The notes beneath the pieces are model-generated. The model was not told where the DNA came from. It did not search any database and was given only the letters and a program-made list of their open reading frames with translations. Shown one piece after another: positions 1 to 9,687 of a stretch of DNA of 64,000 nucleotides (position 1 is the stretch's first letter; the number at the start of each line of letters is the position of its first letter). The position numbers were made by a program, and so were the translations under genes. The DNA comes from Deltaproteobacteria bacterium. GTDB taxonomy: Bacteria > Desulfobacterota > DSM-4660 > Desulfatiglandales > Desulfatiglandaceae. The DNA lies in assembly GCA_034522175.1 (NCBI GenBank), contig JAXHLQ010000001.1, positions 4,529,685-4,593,684 on the forward strand, written 5' to 3'.

Positions 1-298
1 TGATCTTGGCTTCGATATCATCCCAGGCGGCTGATTGGGTTTTTTTGATCCAGACCTCCCGGGGCTTGATATGGATCTCCTCGATGCCGGGGAGGGCCAT
101 GAGGTCACGGACCGCGCGCTCCCCGATACGCCCGAGAGATTCAAGGGATGCTTCTGACTGTTCAAAGAAATCGCGCTTGAAATATTCCACGCGATAGCTC
201 GATATGGCCTTCGGGGTGAGGAAGGAGCGGATTTCGAGATTCGGATGACGGTAGACCAGCACCCGGGGGGGATTGGCGCGACGATTTTCTGATGTCAT
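1..298 (-). CDS. Hypothetical protein, N-terminal part only (continues past the window start). Weak resemblance to a NifU/Nfu N-terminal-type domain.
   Basis: Minus-strand frame is open from the ATG (complement of 296-298) to the window edge: MTSENRRANPPRVLVYRHPNLEIRSF...LPGIEEIHIKPREVWIKKTQSAAWDDIEAKI. It is absent from the ORF track because it has no stop inside the window. Confidence 0.45.
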   Translation of the reverse strand, partial: MTSENRRANPPRVLVYRHPNLEIRSFLTPKAISSYRVEYFKRDFFEQSEASLESLGRIGERAVRDLMALPGIEEIHIKPREVWIKKTQSAAWDDIEAKI

Positions 299-373
299 AT
301 GTTCACCTCTCCGTTTTAATAAACCAGTGACGAACGCTGAGTCCGTGTGATCGATGATAGTGTTTCGGGTATC

Positions 374-1595
374 TCAACAGACGAAAACATCGGAAGGCAC
401 CCTGCTGATGAGTTCATAACCCGTCTCGGTGACCGTAAACATGGTTTCTACCCCGGCGGAAAAATGATCCTGAAAGACCAGTTTGGGCTCAATGGAAAAT
501 GTCATGCCGGGTTTCATGGGCATTTCATTTTTATCGCTGATGATGGGGGGTTCCACCAGTTCGAGGCCGATGCCGTGACCGATGAAACGGACTTTATAGC
601 CGGGTGGACCCAGAAAGGATTCAGCATAACCCAATTGACGTGCGCTTTTCAGGGCAATCTGAAACAACCTGTTCAGGGGAATGCCCGGACGTATCGCCTC
701 AAGGATGGTGTTCTGAATGTCGATGGCCGTGAGGGAGGCGTTCATGGCCGTTTTCGGCATGCTTTCAATGGCGAACATGCGCGTTTCATCGGTGTGATAC
801 CCATTCAACATGAGGGCGAGGTCGATCATGATGGGTTCGTTTATGGCGAGCTGCTTGTTCCCTGCGCCTACTGGGAACGCAGGAGACGTGCCCTCGCCGC
901 TGGCCGGCGAATCCAGTAGTCCCACCATCCCGCCGCTGACGCCGCTGAGCACATGCCAGGGATACCCCTCGGCCTGGTAATCCCGAAGTCTTCAGCTTAC
1001 CGCTGTGGCCATGCTTTTTTGCAAAGGCCTCAAACATGCCGGCAAATTCCATTTCCGTCAGACCCGGGGCAATACGTTTTTTCATGTACTGAAACGTTTC
1101 AGCGGACAGGTAAGCCGTTCGAACCATCTGTTCGATTTCCCATTTGGATTTGATCATCCGTGTTTCAAGAATGATCAATGATCCGTCCACACACATGGTA
1201 TCTGGAAACAGCGTTTGATAGAAATGGAAATCGCGCGCAGGGATGACATCCAGCTCAAAGGCCAGTGTCTTTGGCATTCGGCCATAGACGTCACGAATTC
1301 GTGAAGGAATCTCCGTTACGGACGTGATTTCAATGAGGGTGGAAATGGGGGATTCTTTCCTTGCCCGCGGAAAATAGCGCTTGATGGAGAGAAGCGGGTC
1401 CCCTTGTGCCGGGATGAACAAGACACCATCTTGTGCGGTGCCGGTAAAATAAAAGAGGTCAGCTCTTTGAATAATGAGGAGGGCTTCCACCTCATTTTTC
1501 TTCAATCGGTTTTGGACCGCATGGATTCGGTTATCTATTTCACTGGGCGGGACACATAGTTGTCGCGACATTTGTTGTGGGCTTTCCGGTTTCAT
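374..1595 (-). CDS. M24-family Xaa-Pro aminopeptidase/creatinase-like peptidase, interrupted by one frameshift near 989-995.
   Basis: ORF 786..1595 gives the creatinase/prolidase-type N-domain up to ...FAKKHGHSGKL. ORF 374..952 gives the pita-bread catalytic domain (...RLRDYQAEGYPWHVLSGVSGG...HGIGLELVEPP...). The two join when the frame is shifted by one base in CTGAAGA. Confidence 0.8.
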
Positions 1596-1697
1596 TCCTG
1601 CCGTTATGGTGTTATATTCAGTGCAGCCGATTCACGAACCCGGATTTTGTGAAGTCACGGGCTCATCTTTCCAATAAAGCAGGTTCAGGGAGACGCC

Positions 1698-2144
1698 ATG
1701 GTCAGGGAGCAGGGTGTTGTGGAATGGGTAAAAGGAGGCAAGGCCCTCCTCCGAATAGAGCGGACCTCGGCGTGTGCCACCTGCGAGTCGAGAGGGTCCT
1801 GCGAAATGGGGCCCGACAAGAAGATGATGGTAGAGGTGACCAATGACCTGGGTGCCGGCACAGGGGATCGTGTGGAGGTAAGCGTGCCAACCGGTTCAAT
1901 TCTCAAGTTGAGTCTGCTGGTGTACCTGTTTCCCATACTCTTCCTTATTGCGGGTGCATATACAGGGGGTGAATGTGCGCAACGATTCGCCTTTGACACC
2001 ACGCTGGGCTCCATTTTCGGCGGGGGGATGATGGCGGCGATTGCGTTCATTGTGCTCCGGCATTTGGATCGCCGACTTCAACTCAGGGGCCGATCAATTC
2101 CCCAAATGACACGGATTTTGGCCCATTCGAAGCCGTCTCCGTAA
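1698..2144 (+). CDS. rseC: RseC/MucC-family (SoxR-reducing-system) membrane protein.
   Basis: 148 aa. N-terminal CxxCxxxGxC-type motif (ACATCESRGSC) followed by two hydrophobic helices, which is the typical RseC architecture. Confidence 0.8.
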   Translation: MVREQGVVEWVKGGKALLRIERTSACATCESRGSCEMGPDKKMMVEVTNDLGAGTGDRVEVSVPTGSILKLSLLVYLFPILFLIAGAYTGGECAQRFAFDTTLGSIFGGGMMAAIAFIVLRHLDRRLQLRGRSIPQMTRILAHSKPSP

Positions 2145-2164
2145 AAAACGATTGTCCGGAGGTG

Positions 2165-3469
2165 TCAAATTGCGGATTTCAGCTGCTTCAGTTTTTCCGG
2201 GCGGTTTTTAAGGAACATGCAATGATTAAGGGTTGTTTTTCCGTCGATGGTATCTTCGGCAAAGGTCTGGCAATCGGGGCACCCGCACATGCCGCACTCC
2301 TTTCTGGGAAGGGCCTCCATAATTTGTTTCACCTTGTTCAACCGCTCGATGTTTTCTGTAATGGACCGGCCGGAGTCGGCGGGAATGAGCTGGGATCTGT
2401 CTTTTTCCGTGAAGAACCATCCCTTCTTGTATAAATCAATGACGTATTTATATTTGATGCGTTTTTCCGAGCCAAACATGCGGATAAACTTCTGGAGGAG
2501 ATGTTTGGCCCGGTACTTGTCCTCAACCGTAAAGGGCCCGCCGATACACCCTTCACGACAGACCCGGCATTCGACATAGTCCAGATCATCGAGGATTCCC
2601 ATCTCGATCTTTTCAAGATACAAAATGGTTTCATCGAGACCCGAGACGGCAAGACAGTTTCTGTCCAATCCCGCCACTTCACCCCCCGACACGCCCCATC
2701 CCAGTCCGATCCCACTGGAGTGGTGCAACACACGGTCGTCATCGATTTCCTTTAGATTTCTTTTAACCGCTTCATAAACGCGGTTAATTCCCACTGCCTT
2801 ATCCATCCCGGCATATTTCCGATTCACGGATTCCTTGACAAAATCGGTCATGGCCGGGCAGGGGGTAATGTTCAAGATTCGAACATCTTCAGGTTTATAC
2901 CCGTACTTGGTGGAGATTCGTTTCTTGCCCTCCCTGGAGACGATCTCACGCGGTGTGGCGAGCGGGGGGATGTGCTTTAGAAGCGTGGGAAACCGGCAGG
3001 CGATGAGGCTGACCACCACCGGGCATACCGGAGAGATGAGTGGAAAGTGAGAATCCCCTTTCTTGCGTTGTTCCCGGATGTACAACTCGATGGCAAAATT
3101 GAACAATTCAGTGGTGTACGATTGATCGTGCACATACCCGAATCCCATTTTCTTGAGGGCCAGCAGGATGTCGTTGGGCAGATAATCGGATCCGAACTGA
3201 GAATAGATCACCGTGGAGGGACTGATGACGAACCGATCGTCCCCGTTTAACTCATCTTCCTTAAACCCCGACAGGCTGATGGCATTTTTCGGGCAGACAC
3301 GGATGCATTCACCGCAGTTGATGCAAACCCCTTCTATTCTCGCTGCTTCCTTCCTGACACGGATCGCCTTGGTCGGGCATGCCTTCATGCAGAGGACGCA
3401 TCCAGTGCATTTATCCACATCCACCTGGACATGAGGTCTTCTTCTTTCGGCTTCAGATGAGCTGCTCAC
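2165..3469 (-). CDS. [FeFe]-hydrogenase large-subunit-like protein, putative sensory/non-catalytic type (2x[4Fe-4S] ferredoxin N-terminus plus an H-domain-like core and a C-terminal Cys cluster).
   Basis: Ferredoxin motifs CTGCVLCMKACP and CINCGECIRVCP. H-cluster-like motifs are degenerate: SPVCPVV (vs TSCCPxW), TPCPAMTDF (vs MPCxxKxxE) and VECRVCREGCIGGP. A C-terminal CGMCGCPDC cluster is present. Confidence 0.75.
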   Translation of the reverse strand: MSSSSEAERRRPHVQVDVDKCTGCVLCMKACPTKAIRVRKEAARIEGVCINCGECIRVCPKNAISLSGFKEDELNGDDRFVISPSTVIYSQFGSDYLPNDILLALKKMGFGYVHDQSYTTELFNFAIELYIREQRKKGDSHFPLISPVCPVVVSLIACRFPTLLKHIPPLATPREIVSREGKKRISTKYGYKPEDVRILNITPCPAMTDFVKESVNRKYAGMDKAVGINRVYEAVKRNLKEIDDDRVLHHSSGIGLGWGVSGGEVAGLDRNCLAVSGLDETILYLEKIEMGILDDLDYVECRVCREGCIGGPFTVEDKYRAKHLLQKFIRMFGSEKRIKYKYVIDLYKKGWFFTEKDRSQLIPADSGRSITENIERLNKVKQIMEALPRKECGMCGCPDCQTFAEDTIDGKTTLNHCMFLKNRPEKLKQLKSAI

Positions 3470-3896
3470 GCCCCGTCCTTGACGTTAAAGATGATTTTCA
3501 GACAGGTCCCGTTTCCCATTTTTGAATCGATGCTCAGTTCATCGGCATTTTTTTTGATATTCGGGAGGCCCATTCCGGCACCAAATCCCATCTCCTGGAA
3601 TTCTTTGGTGGCCGTGGAATAGCCCTCCTGAAGGGCGAGTTCGATGTCTTCAATACCTGGGCCGTCGTCCCGCATTTCAAGGCGGATATGCTTCGGATCG
3701 ACAATCAGTTCACAGGTGCCGTCACCGCCGTGCATGACAATATTCATTTCCGACTCATAGGCGCATATGGCGACCCGGCGGATGAGGTCAGGGGGAAACC
3801 GACGGCTTTGAGAAGTTCCTGCACCTCGATGGATACCTCGCCGGCCTTTACAAAATCCCTGGCTTTCACCTCAAAACGTTTGATAAGGTCGGTCAT
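3466..3896 (-). CDS. Anti-sigma-factor-type Ser/Thr kinase (RsbW-like GHKL ATPase), with a frameshift in the G5 run at 3791-3795.
   Basis: ORF 3466..3747 gives ...EMNIVMHGGDG...DDGPGIEDIELALQEGYST...GFGAGMGLPNIKKNADE. The upstream frame from the ATG (complement of 3894-3896) reads MTDLIKRFEVKARDFVKAGEVSIEVQELLKAVGFP. One extra base in the run restores ...GFPPDLIRRVAICAYESEMNIVMH. Confidence 0.8.
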
Positions 3897-3969
3897 CGCG
3901 ATGCCGGAGCGGAATGAGGCTTCTCATCCGTCGCTCGTCTATAAGGGTAGTATTCGGGGGAGTCTTTCG

Positions 3970-4326
3970 CTAAGCGGTCCTTCCTTCTACTCCCCTGAGG
4001 CCTTTGGCGAAAAGCCTCCCACAGGATGAAAACATGGTGAACGGCGTCGATAGCAGCGGCAGATGGTGTTTGACCGCCAGTTGAATCACCTCGGGTGCGG
4101 GCCGCTTCTTTCTGACGAAGACAATGGCCTTGACACCGGCAATAACAGAAGTCCGGATGGCCTGGGCGTTGCACAAACCCGTCAGCAATACCGTGTCCGT
4201 GTTTTGCCCGGTGAGCATGTCGCTCATGAGATCGCTCCCGGCGCCGGCCTCAATGGTGATGTCGAGTTGATCTTCTCCCGTCAGTACGTCTGCACGTAAA
4301 GTATCTTTAATATCGCTTAGTTTCAT
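3970..4326 (-). CDS. DRTGG domain protein.
   Basis: 118 aa: ...GSDLMSDMLTGQNTDTVLLTGLCNAQAIRTSVIAGVKAIVFVR... This is the typical small DRTGG ORF found in NuoEF-type operons. Confidence 0.8.
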   Translation of the reverse strand: MKLSDIKDTLRADVLTGEDQLDITIEAGAGSDLMSDMLTGQNTDTVLLTGLCNAQAIRTSVIAGVKAIVFVRKKRPAPEVIQLAVKHHLPLLSTPFTMFSSCGRLFAKGLRGVEGRTA

Positions 4327-4453
4327 AAATTGTCTTTTTTGGGACCATGGAAATGCCCCTTTTGTCGTAGGAGGCCTGGGCGCTGCCCTCCGGCCTGTAA
4401 GCCGCTCACACAGAGCGGGTATTATAAACTGAGAATTGCCGGGTATCTATTCC

Positions 4454-7400
4454 TTAAAGATCGCATCGAAGACAGCGACGTGCCTCGAGACACGCTGCCT
4501 TTTCATCAATGCCCAATTCAACTTCATCGAAGTTATCCACCCGATCCGCCGCTGGCAGTTCATTCATCTCGGGTCGAACCAGTTTTTCATCTTCTTCTGT
4601 GGCCTCGAGGCGCGGCAGGGTGAGATGCGGCTTGGGGTGCCAGTAACCGCCGTAGGGCCGGTCCCTGAGATAACAATCGATGGATACGGCCGCACGATGC
4701 CCGGCGCCGATGGCCTCTACCACGGTCGCCGGACCGGTAACCGCATCCCCGCCGGAGAAGAATCCGGGTACATTGGTCGCCAGGGTGCGCTCATCCACCT
4801 CAAAACTGTTCCAGCGGCTGATATTGAATTGGAGATCGTCATTCAAAAACGAGAGATCCGGAGATTGACTGATGGCCGGGATGATGACATCGGTCTCAAT
4901 AATGAATTCCGAACCTTCAACAGGGACAGGCCGTCGCCGCCCGCTGGCATCGGGTTTTCCCAGTTCGTTGAAAAGGCACTCCATACCCACGACCTTGCCG
5001 TTTTCACCGAGGATTCGAATGGGGGACGTCAACAGATCGATCTGGATCCCTTCCTCTTCCGCCGCATCGACCTCGGCCGGGTTGGCCGGCATCTGCTCGC
5101 GCTGGCGGCGATAGACGATGTGGACCTCTTCGGCCCCGAGGCGCAGGGACGTTCGTGCCGCGTCGATGGCTGAATTCCCGGCGCCGATGACACATACCTT
5201 TTTACCGGGCGCCTTCTTTTCTCCCAGGTTGACATTTCTGAGGAATTTGGTGGCGTCGATGAATCCCTCGAACTCATCTTCCCCGGGTATTCTGAGTTTC
5301 AGGCCCTTATGTGCGCCAATACCGAAGAAAAACGCCTTGTACCCTGATGCTTTCATTTCATCGATGCTGATGTCCCTTCCCACACGAACGCCCAGTCGAA
5401 TCTCCACGCCAAGCCGTTTGATGGCATTGATCTCGTCGTTGAGTACATCTCGCGGGAGCCGATATTCGGGGATGCCCACATGGAGCATTCCCCCGGCCAC
5501 GGGGAGTTCTTCAAATACGGTCACCGGATATCCCTTGAGGGTGAGATCGTGGGCCACGGTCAATCCCGCGGGACCGGCCCCGATGACGGCCACCTTGTCC
5601 TCCGGAAAAAGGGCCTTTGCAGGTTCGATATCCTTAAGGCATTCTCGATTTTTATCTGCTGCAAACCGCTTCAACGCACAGATGGAAATGGGTTTGTCCA
5701 CATCCCCCCGGGTGCATTGGGTTTCACAAGGGTGCGGGCAGATACGGCCCAGGCACATGGGGAGGGGGTTTTCCATCCGGATAATGTCCCATGCCTTTCT
5801 GAATTCACCCTGGGCGATAAGCGCCGTATAGGTGGATACATCCTGTCCCGTGGGACAGGTGGACTGGCACGGCGGCGCACTGAGCCGTTTGCAGGTTCCC
5901 GTGGGGCAGTGTTTATCGAAGATGTGGGCCTCGTATTCGTGGCGAAAATATCTCAGCGTGCTCAAAACCGGGTTGGGCGCGGTCTGACCCAAACCACAGA
6001 GCGATGCGGATTGAATGACCTTGCTCAGGGTTTCCAGCCGTTCGATATCATCGGGCCTTCCGTCTCCCTGGGTAATACGCTCCAGTATGTTCAAGAGCTG
6101 TTGGGTGCCTTCCCGACACGGTGTGCATTTGCCGCAGGACTCCTCTGCCGTAAAACCGAGGAAAAACTTGGCAAGGTCCACCATGCAGGTGGTCTCATCC
6201 ATGACCACCATTCCCCCAGAGCCCACGATAGCGCCGGTCTTGGCGATATTTTCATAATCCACCGGTGTTTCAAGTAGGCTTTCCGGAATACACCCCCCGG
6301 AAGGGCCGCCGAGTTGCACCGCCTTGAATCGCTTGTTGTCCGGGATGCCGCCGCCGATATCGTAAATAATGGATCTGAGCGGCGTTCCCATGGGCACTTC
6401 TATCAATCCGATGTTGCGTACCCGTCCGCTCAGGGCAAACACCTTGGTCCCGGTACTCTTCTCCGTCCCGAGACTACTGAACCATTCTGCCCCGCGATAG
6501 ATGATCTGGGGAACATTCGCAAGACTCTCTACGTTGTTGAGAACCGAAGGACGGTCCCACAGTCCCTTATGGGCAGGGAAGGGGGGCCTCGGCCTCGGCA
6601 TGCCCCGTTTGCCTTCAATGGACCGCATCAGGGCCGTCTCCTCACCGCATACGAAGGCGCCGGCGCCGAAATAGAGTTCGATGTCCATGTCAAACCCGGA
6701 GCCGAGAATATCCTCGCCCAAAAGCCCGTAGTCCTTGGCCTGCCCGATGGCGGTCTGCAGTCTTTGGATGGCCAGGGGATACTCCGCCCTTACATAGATA
6801 AATCCGTGGTGGGAGCCGATGGCTTTCCCACCGATGATCATCCCCTCCAGTACCGCATGGGGATCACTTTCCAGTATGGATCGATCCATGAATGCGCCTG
6901 GATCGCCTTCATCGGCATTGCACAACATGTATTTGGGACTCCCTTCGGAACCCGCGCAGAACTGCCATTTGAGGCCGGTGGGGAATCCTGCGCCGCCGCG
7001 CCCCCGCAGCCCGGATGCCTTCATCTCCTCAACGATCTGTTCCGGCGTCATCTCCAAAAGGGCCTTGGCCGTTCCCATGTACCCATCCCGGGCGATATAT
7101 TCGTCGATGCTGTCGGGATCGATCAGGCCTCTGTTCCTGAGGGCCACCAGGACCTGGCGGCTGAAGAACCCGATATCCTTGATAGCGGGTACCAGTTGCT
7201 CCCCCTCCGGGCTCTCGAAGAGGAATTTCTCGGCGATACGACCCTTGACAAGATATTCCTCAACAAAATAAGGGACGTCTTTTGTTGTGAGTTTTTGATA
7301 GAAGACCCCCTCGGGATAGGCGATCATCAATGGGCCGGCGGCGCAGAAGCCGTTACATCCGGTGGTGGCCACATAGACTTCGTCCTGGAGCTCCCGTTTG

Positions 7401-7501
7401 TTGATCTCCTCGACAAGGGCGTCTCTCACATCCAGTGATCCACTGGATACGCAACTGGTTCCTGCACAGATGAGGAGATGAACGCGGTATTTCTTTTCCA
7501 T
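4454..7501 (-). CDS. NuoF/HydB-like NADH-binding FMN flavoprotein fused to a C-terminal GltD/NfnB-like NADPH:FAD oxidoreductase domain (StnB-like architecture).
   Basis: 1015 aa. Contains an N-terminal thioredoxin-like 2Fe-2S domain, the NuoF motif GRGGAGFPTGLKW, the ESCGKCTPCREG cluster site, ferredoxin Cys motifs, then GltD-like VAVIGAGPAGL (FAD) and VCVIGAGNSAIDAART (NADPH) Rossmann motifs. Confidence 0.9.
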   Translation of the reverse strand: MEKKYRVHLLICAGTSCVSSGSLDVRDALVEEINKRELQDEVYVATTGCNGFCAAGPLMIAYPEGVFYQKLTTKDVPYFVEEYLVKGRIAEKFLFESPEGEQLVPAIKDIGFFSRQVLVALRNRGLIDPDSIDEYIARDGYMGTAKALLEMTPEQIVEEMKASGLRGRGGAGFPTGLKWQFCAGSEGSPKYMLCNADEGDPGAFMDRSILESDPHAVLEGMIIGGKAIGSHHGFIYVRAEYPLAIQRLQTAIGQAKDYGLLGEDILGSGFDMDIELYFGAGAFVCGEETALMRSIEGKRGMPRPRPPFPAHKGLWDRPSVLNNVESLANVPQIIYRGAEWFSSLGTEKSTGTKVFALSGRVRNIGLIEVPMGTPLRSIIYDIGGGIPDNKRFKAVQLGGPSGGCIPESLLETPVDYENIAKTGAIVGSGGMVVMDETTCMVDLAKFFLGFTAEESCGKCTPCREGTQQLLNILERITQGDGRPDDIERLETLSKVIQSASLCGLGQTAPNPVLSTLRYFRHEYEAHIFDKHCPTGTCKRLSAPPCQSTCPTGQDVSTYTALIAQGEFRKAWDIIRMENPLPMCLGRICPHPCETQCTRGDVDKPISICALKRFAADKNRECLKDIEPAKALFPEDKVAVIGAGPAGLTVAHDLTLKGYPVTVFEELPVAGGMLHVGIPEYRLPRDVLNDEINAIKRLGVEIRLGVRVGRDISIDEMKASGYKAFFFGIGAHKGLKLRIPGEDEFEGFIDATKFLRNVNLGEKKAPGKKVCVIGAGNSAIDAARTSLRLGAEEVHIVYRRQREQMPANPAEVDAAEEEGIQIDLLTSPIRILGENGKVVGMECLFNELGKPDASGRRRPVPVEGSEFIIETDVIIPAISQSPDLSFLNDDLQFNISRWNSFEVDERTLATNVPGFFSGGDAVTGPATVVEAIGAGHRAAVSIDCYLRDRPYGGYWHPKPHLTLPRLEATEEDEKLVRPEMNELPAADRVDNFDEVELGIDEKAACLEARRCLRCDL

Positions 7502-7547
7502 GAATCGTGCCTCTTTTACCTACAGATGGACCTTCGTGTTATTCTGC

Positions 7548-7931
7548 TTAGTAAGTGGTTTCGCTTCCGACAGAAAGCGCGTATTTGGATACGGGATGCC
7601 CGTTCATCACATGTTCGTCAAATATTTTTGTGGCTTTCTCCTCATCCAGCAATACATATTTGACCGGTGCGGAATCTTTCACCTCAACGGTCATCATCGG
7701 TTCGTGATTACAGAGTCCCGCGCAGCCGGAAGAAGTCAGGATGATGTCGGCGGCCCCTGTTTTTTGTATCTTTTCGAGTAGAAAGTTCATAATCTTTCGG
7801 GCGCCCGCAGCGATGCCACAGGTGCCGAGATGAACGGTGATCTTGACGCGGTATTCACCGGCGCGCAGGTTCACGGTTCCCTTTGCCGCTTCCTTGATGC
7901 GTTTAAGGTCTTCCACACGAAGCTTGGCCAT
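7548..7931 (-). CDS. Thioredoxin-like [2Fe-2S] ferredoxin (HydD/NuoE-fold small subunit).
   Basis: 127 aa: ...HLGTCGIAAGARK...SSGCAGLCNHEPMMTV..., the characteristic Cys pattern. Confidence 0.8.
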   Translation of the reverse strand: MAKLRVEDLKRIKEAAKGTVNLRAGEYRVKITVHLGTCGIAAGARKIMNFLLEKIQKTGAADIILTSSGCAGLCNHEPMMTVEVKDSAPVKYVLLDEEKATKIFDEHVMNGHPVSKYALSVGSETTY

Positions 7932-7965
7932 TTTTTTTCCTCCATGAAGCCCTGTTGGCGTACGG

Positions 7966-8499
7966 CTATGATTCCGGGTTATTCACCATTTCTTGAATCA
8001 GTTGCAATATTTTTGGGTCTGAAATGGTGCTGAAACCTTCGATTTCATCCTTGATGGAGCGGGTATCCAGGGATGTCCGCTTTCCATCCCGCTTGTATTC
8101 ATACACAAAGTCCACATCCGGATTCCCGGCAATGAGCGACACCAGCGTGGCACCCATGTCGCCCATGGGTTTCCGGTCAATATGTCCGGCCTGAAATGTC
8201 GCCGTTAGCTCGGTTCCAAGGCCCGCCTCGGAGGCAACAGAGAGTCGGCCGCCTGCCTCCCGGGCGGCCTGCTCAAAGAGGGGGATGCCGAGTCCCACCC
8301 GGCGGGTGGTTCGGGAGGTCACAAATGGATCCGTTACCCCCTTGAGTGTTTGACTGTCCATACCGTGCCCATCGTCTTTGATGGTAATTTGCAACAGATC
8401 GCTTTTTGTATCTTCGATGATGCGAATCTCCACGCGCGTGGCGCCGGCGGTTGTGGCGTTTTCAACAATGTCCAGTATATGAAGCGATAGATCCTCCAT
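7966..8499 (-). CDS. GHKL-superfamily ATP-binding protein (histidine-kinase-like ATPase domain only).
   Basis: 177 aa: HILDIVENATTAGATRVEIRI...DDGHGMD...RRVGLGIPLFEQAAREAGG...GLGTELT (N, G1 and G2 boxes). Confidence 0.8.
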   Translation of the reverse strand: MEDLSLHILDIVENATTAGATRVEIRIIEDTKSDLLQITIKDDGHGMDSQTLKGVTDPFVTSRTTRRVGLGIPLFEQAAREAGGRLSVASEAGLGTELTATFQAGHIDRKPMGDMGATLVSLIAGNPDVDFVYEYKRDGKRTSLDTRSIKDEIEGFSTISDPKILQLIQEMVNNPES

Positions 8500-8512
8500 G
8501 AGCGTTGATGGC

Positions 8513-9308
8513 CTAATTGAGGATTTTTCGTCCGTCCATGCCTTTCAAGGCCAGCTTCAACTCCGCCAACCGGGGCGCGGCAACCCGGACACGCGTCGGG
8601 CTTGTGCCCAATTCATCCAGGTCATGGGCATCAGAGGCGGATATGAACGGGACCTTCGCATATTCAGAGTAATCCGCCTGCGCCTGGGACAGCGTGAGTC
8701 TTCGCGAAATCTCCAGGGCGTCAAAATTCAGGTCATCCGGAATGAATCCCAGTTGGCTGATCACACTGAAACTCCGTCGATCGATGTGTGCCGCAACAGC
8801 CAGACCACCGTGTTCGTGAATGCCGTTGACCACTTCATGAGCGTCAGGACGGTTCCACCGATCAAAAGCCGCGTATTGATGGCCTCGGCTTCGTCATATT
8901 CGTTCGCCACCACCTGCAGTCCAAAGAGATCCGGGTCGTTTTCGCCCGAAAAAAGATGACGGTAGACAATCGCCTGCATGGACAGGGCTTCTTCAACATC
9001 TTCAAACAGGCCGATAATGTGTGCTTCCTCGGCGGTGGTGATTTCCATGCCTGGGATCACGACCAGCTCGGTCCCCGCTGCCGAAGCCATCACAGCAGCC
9101 GCATTTCGGCGCTGTTGTGATCCGTAATGGCGATCATCGCCAGTTTACGCTTTAGGGCTTCCCGGACAATCTTTACCGGCGTCATATCCAGGGTGGCACA
9201 AGGGGAAAGGCAGGAGTGAACATGGGTATCGATGGTGATCCACTTCAACGGCGCTTCTGTTCCAACTGCCACCCGCACCCCTTGTTGAAAATCGTCTGAG
9301 AAACTCAA
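8513..9308 (-). CDS. PHP (polymerase/histidinol phosphatase) domain metal-dependent phosphoesterase, interrupted by two frameshifts (about 8847-8848 and TTT 9104-9106).
   Basis: The three ORF fragments 9090..9308 (IDTHVHSCLSPC...ITDHNSAE), 8761..9093 (AAVMASAAGTELVVIPGMEITTAEEAHIIGLF...) and 8513..8833 (VVNGIHEHGGLAVAAHIDRR...SASDAHDLDELG) join into one PHP protein after single-base corrections. Confidence 0.8.
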
Positions 9309-9646
9309 CTACCGGCCACACCCATTTCAAAGAGCTTGCCGACCAACTCAAACGTAGGCATTTTACTGACCAGTATGGGGATCTGCTCTTCAACGGCCTT
9401 TTTGAGGGTCATGGGATCAGGTTCTCTGCTGTTGACCAGGATAATGCCCGAAAGCGATTTCATGACTGCGATGGCGACGATGTTCTGATGCGCCTGCAGC
9501 GTGACCCATAAATCGCCCTCCGCGGCATTTCCCATGACATCACTCAACAAATCGCTGGCATAACCGCGGGTGACCTCCCTGTCCAACTGCGTTTCTCCGC
9601 TTTTGATTTCAAGGTCGAGTTTTTCGATGATCTTCTGAAGCTTCAT
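9305..9646 (-). CDS. DRTGG domain protein (second copy).
   Basis: 113 aa: ...YASDLLSDVMGNAAEGDLWVTLQAHQNIVAIAVMKSLSGIILVN... It is a paralogue of 3970..4326. Confidence 0.8.
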   Translation of the reverse strand: MKLQKIIEKLDLEIKSGETQLDREVTRGYASDLLSDVMGNAAEGDLWVTLQAHQNIVAIAVMKSLSGIILVNSREPDPMTLKKAVEEQIPILVSKMPTFELVGKLFEMGVAGS

Positions 9647-9687
9647 TTTTTTGGTTTCCTCAAGGGGTACGGTGTTTTCCGCGGCTT

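Noticed and set aside
6-197. The plus-strand 63-aa ORF at the window start.
   Set aside because: It lies antisense within a better-supported minus-strand reading frame (1..298) that has a proper ATG and a coherent protein-like sequence.
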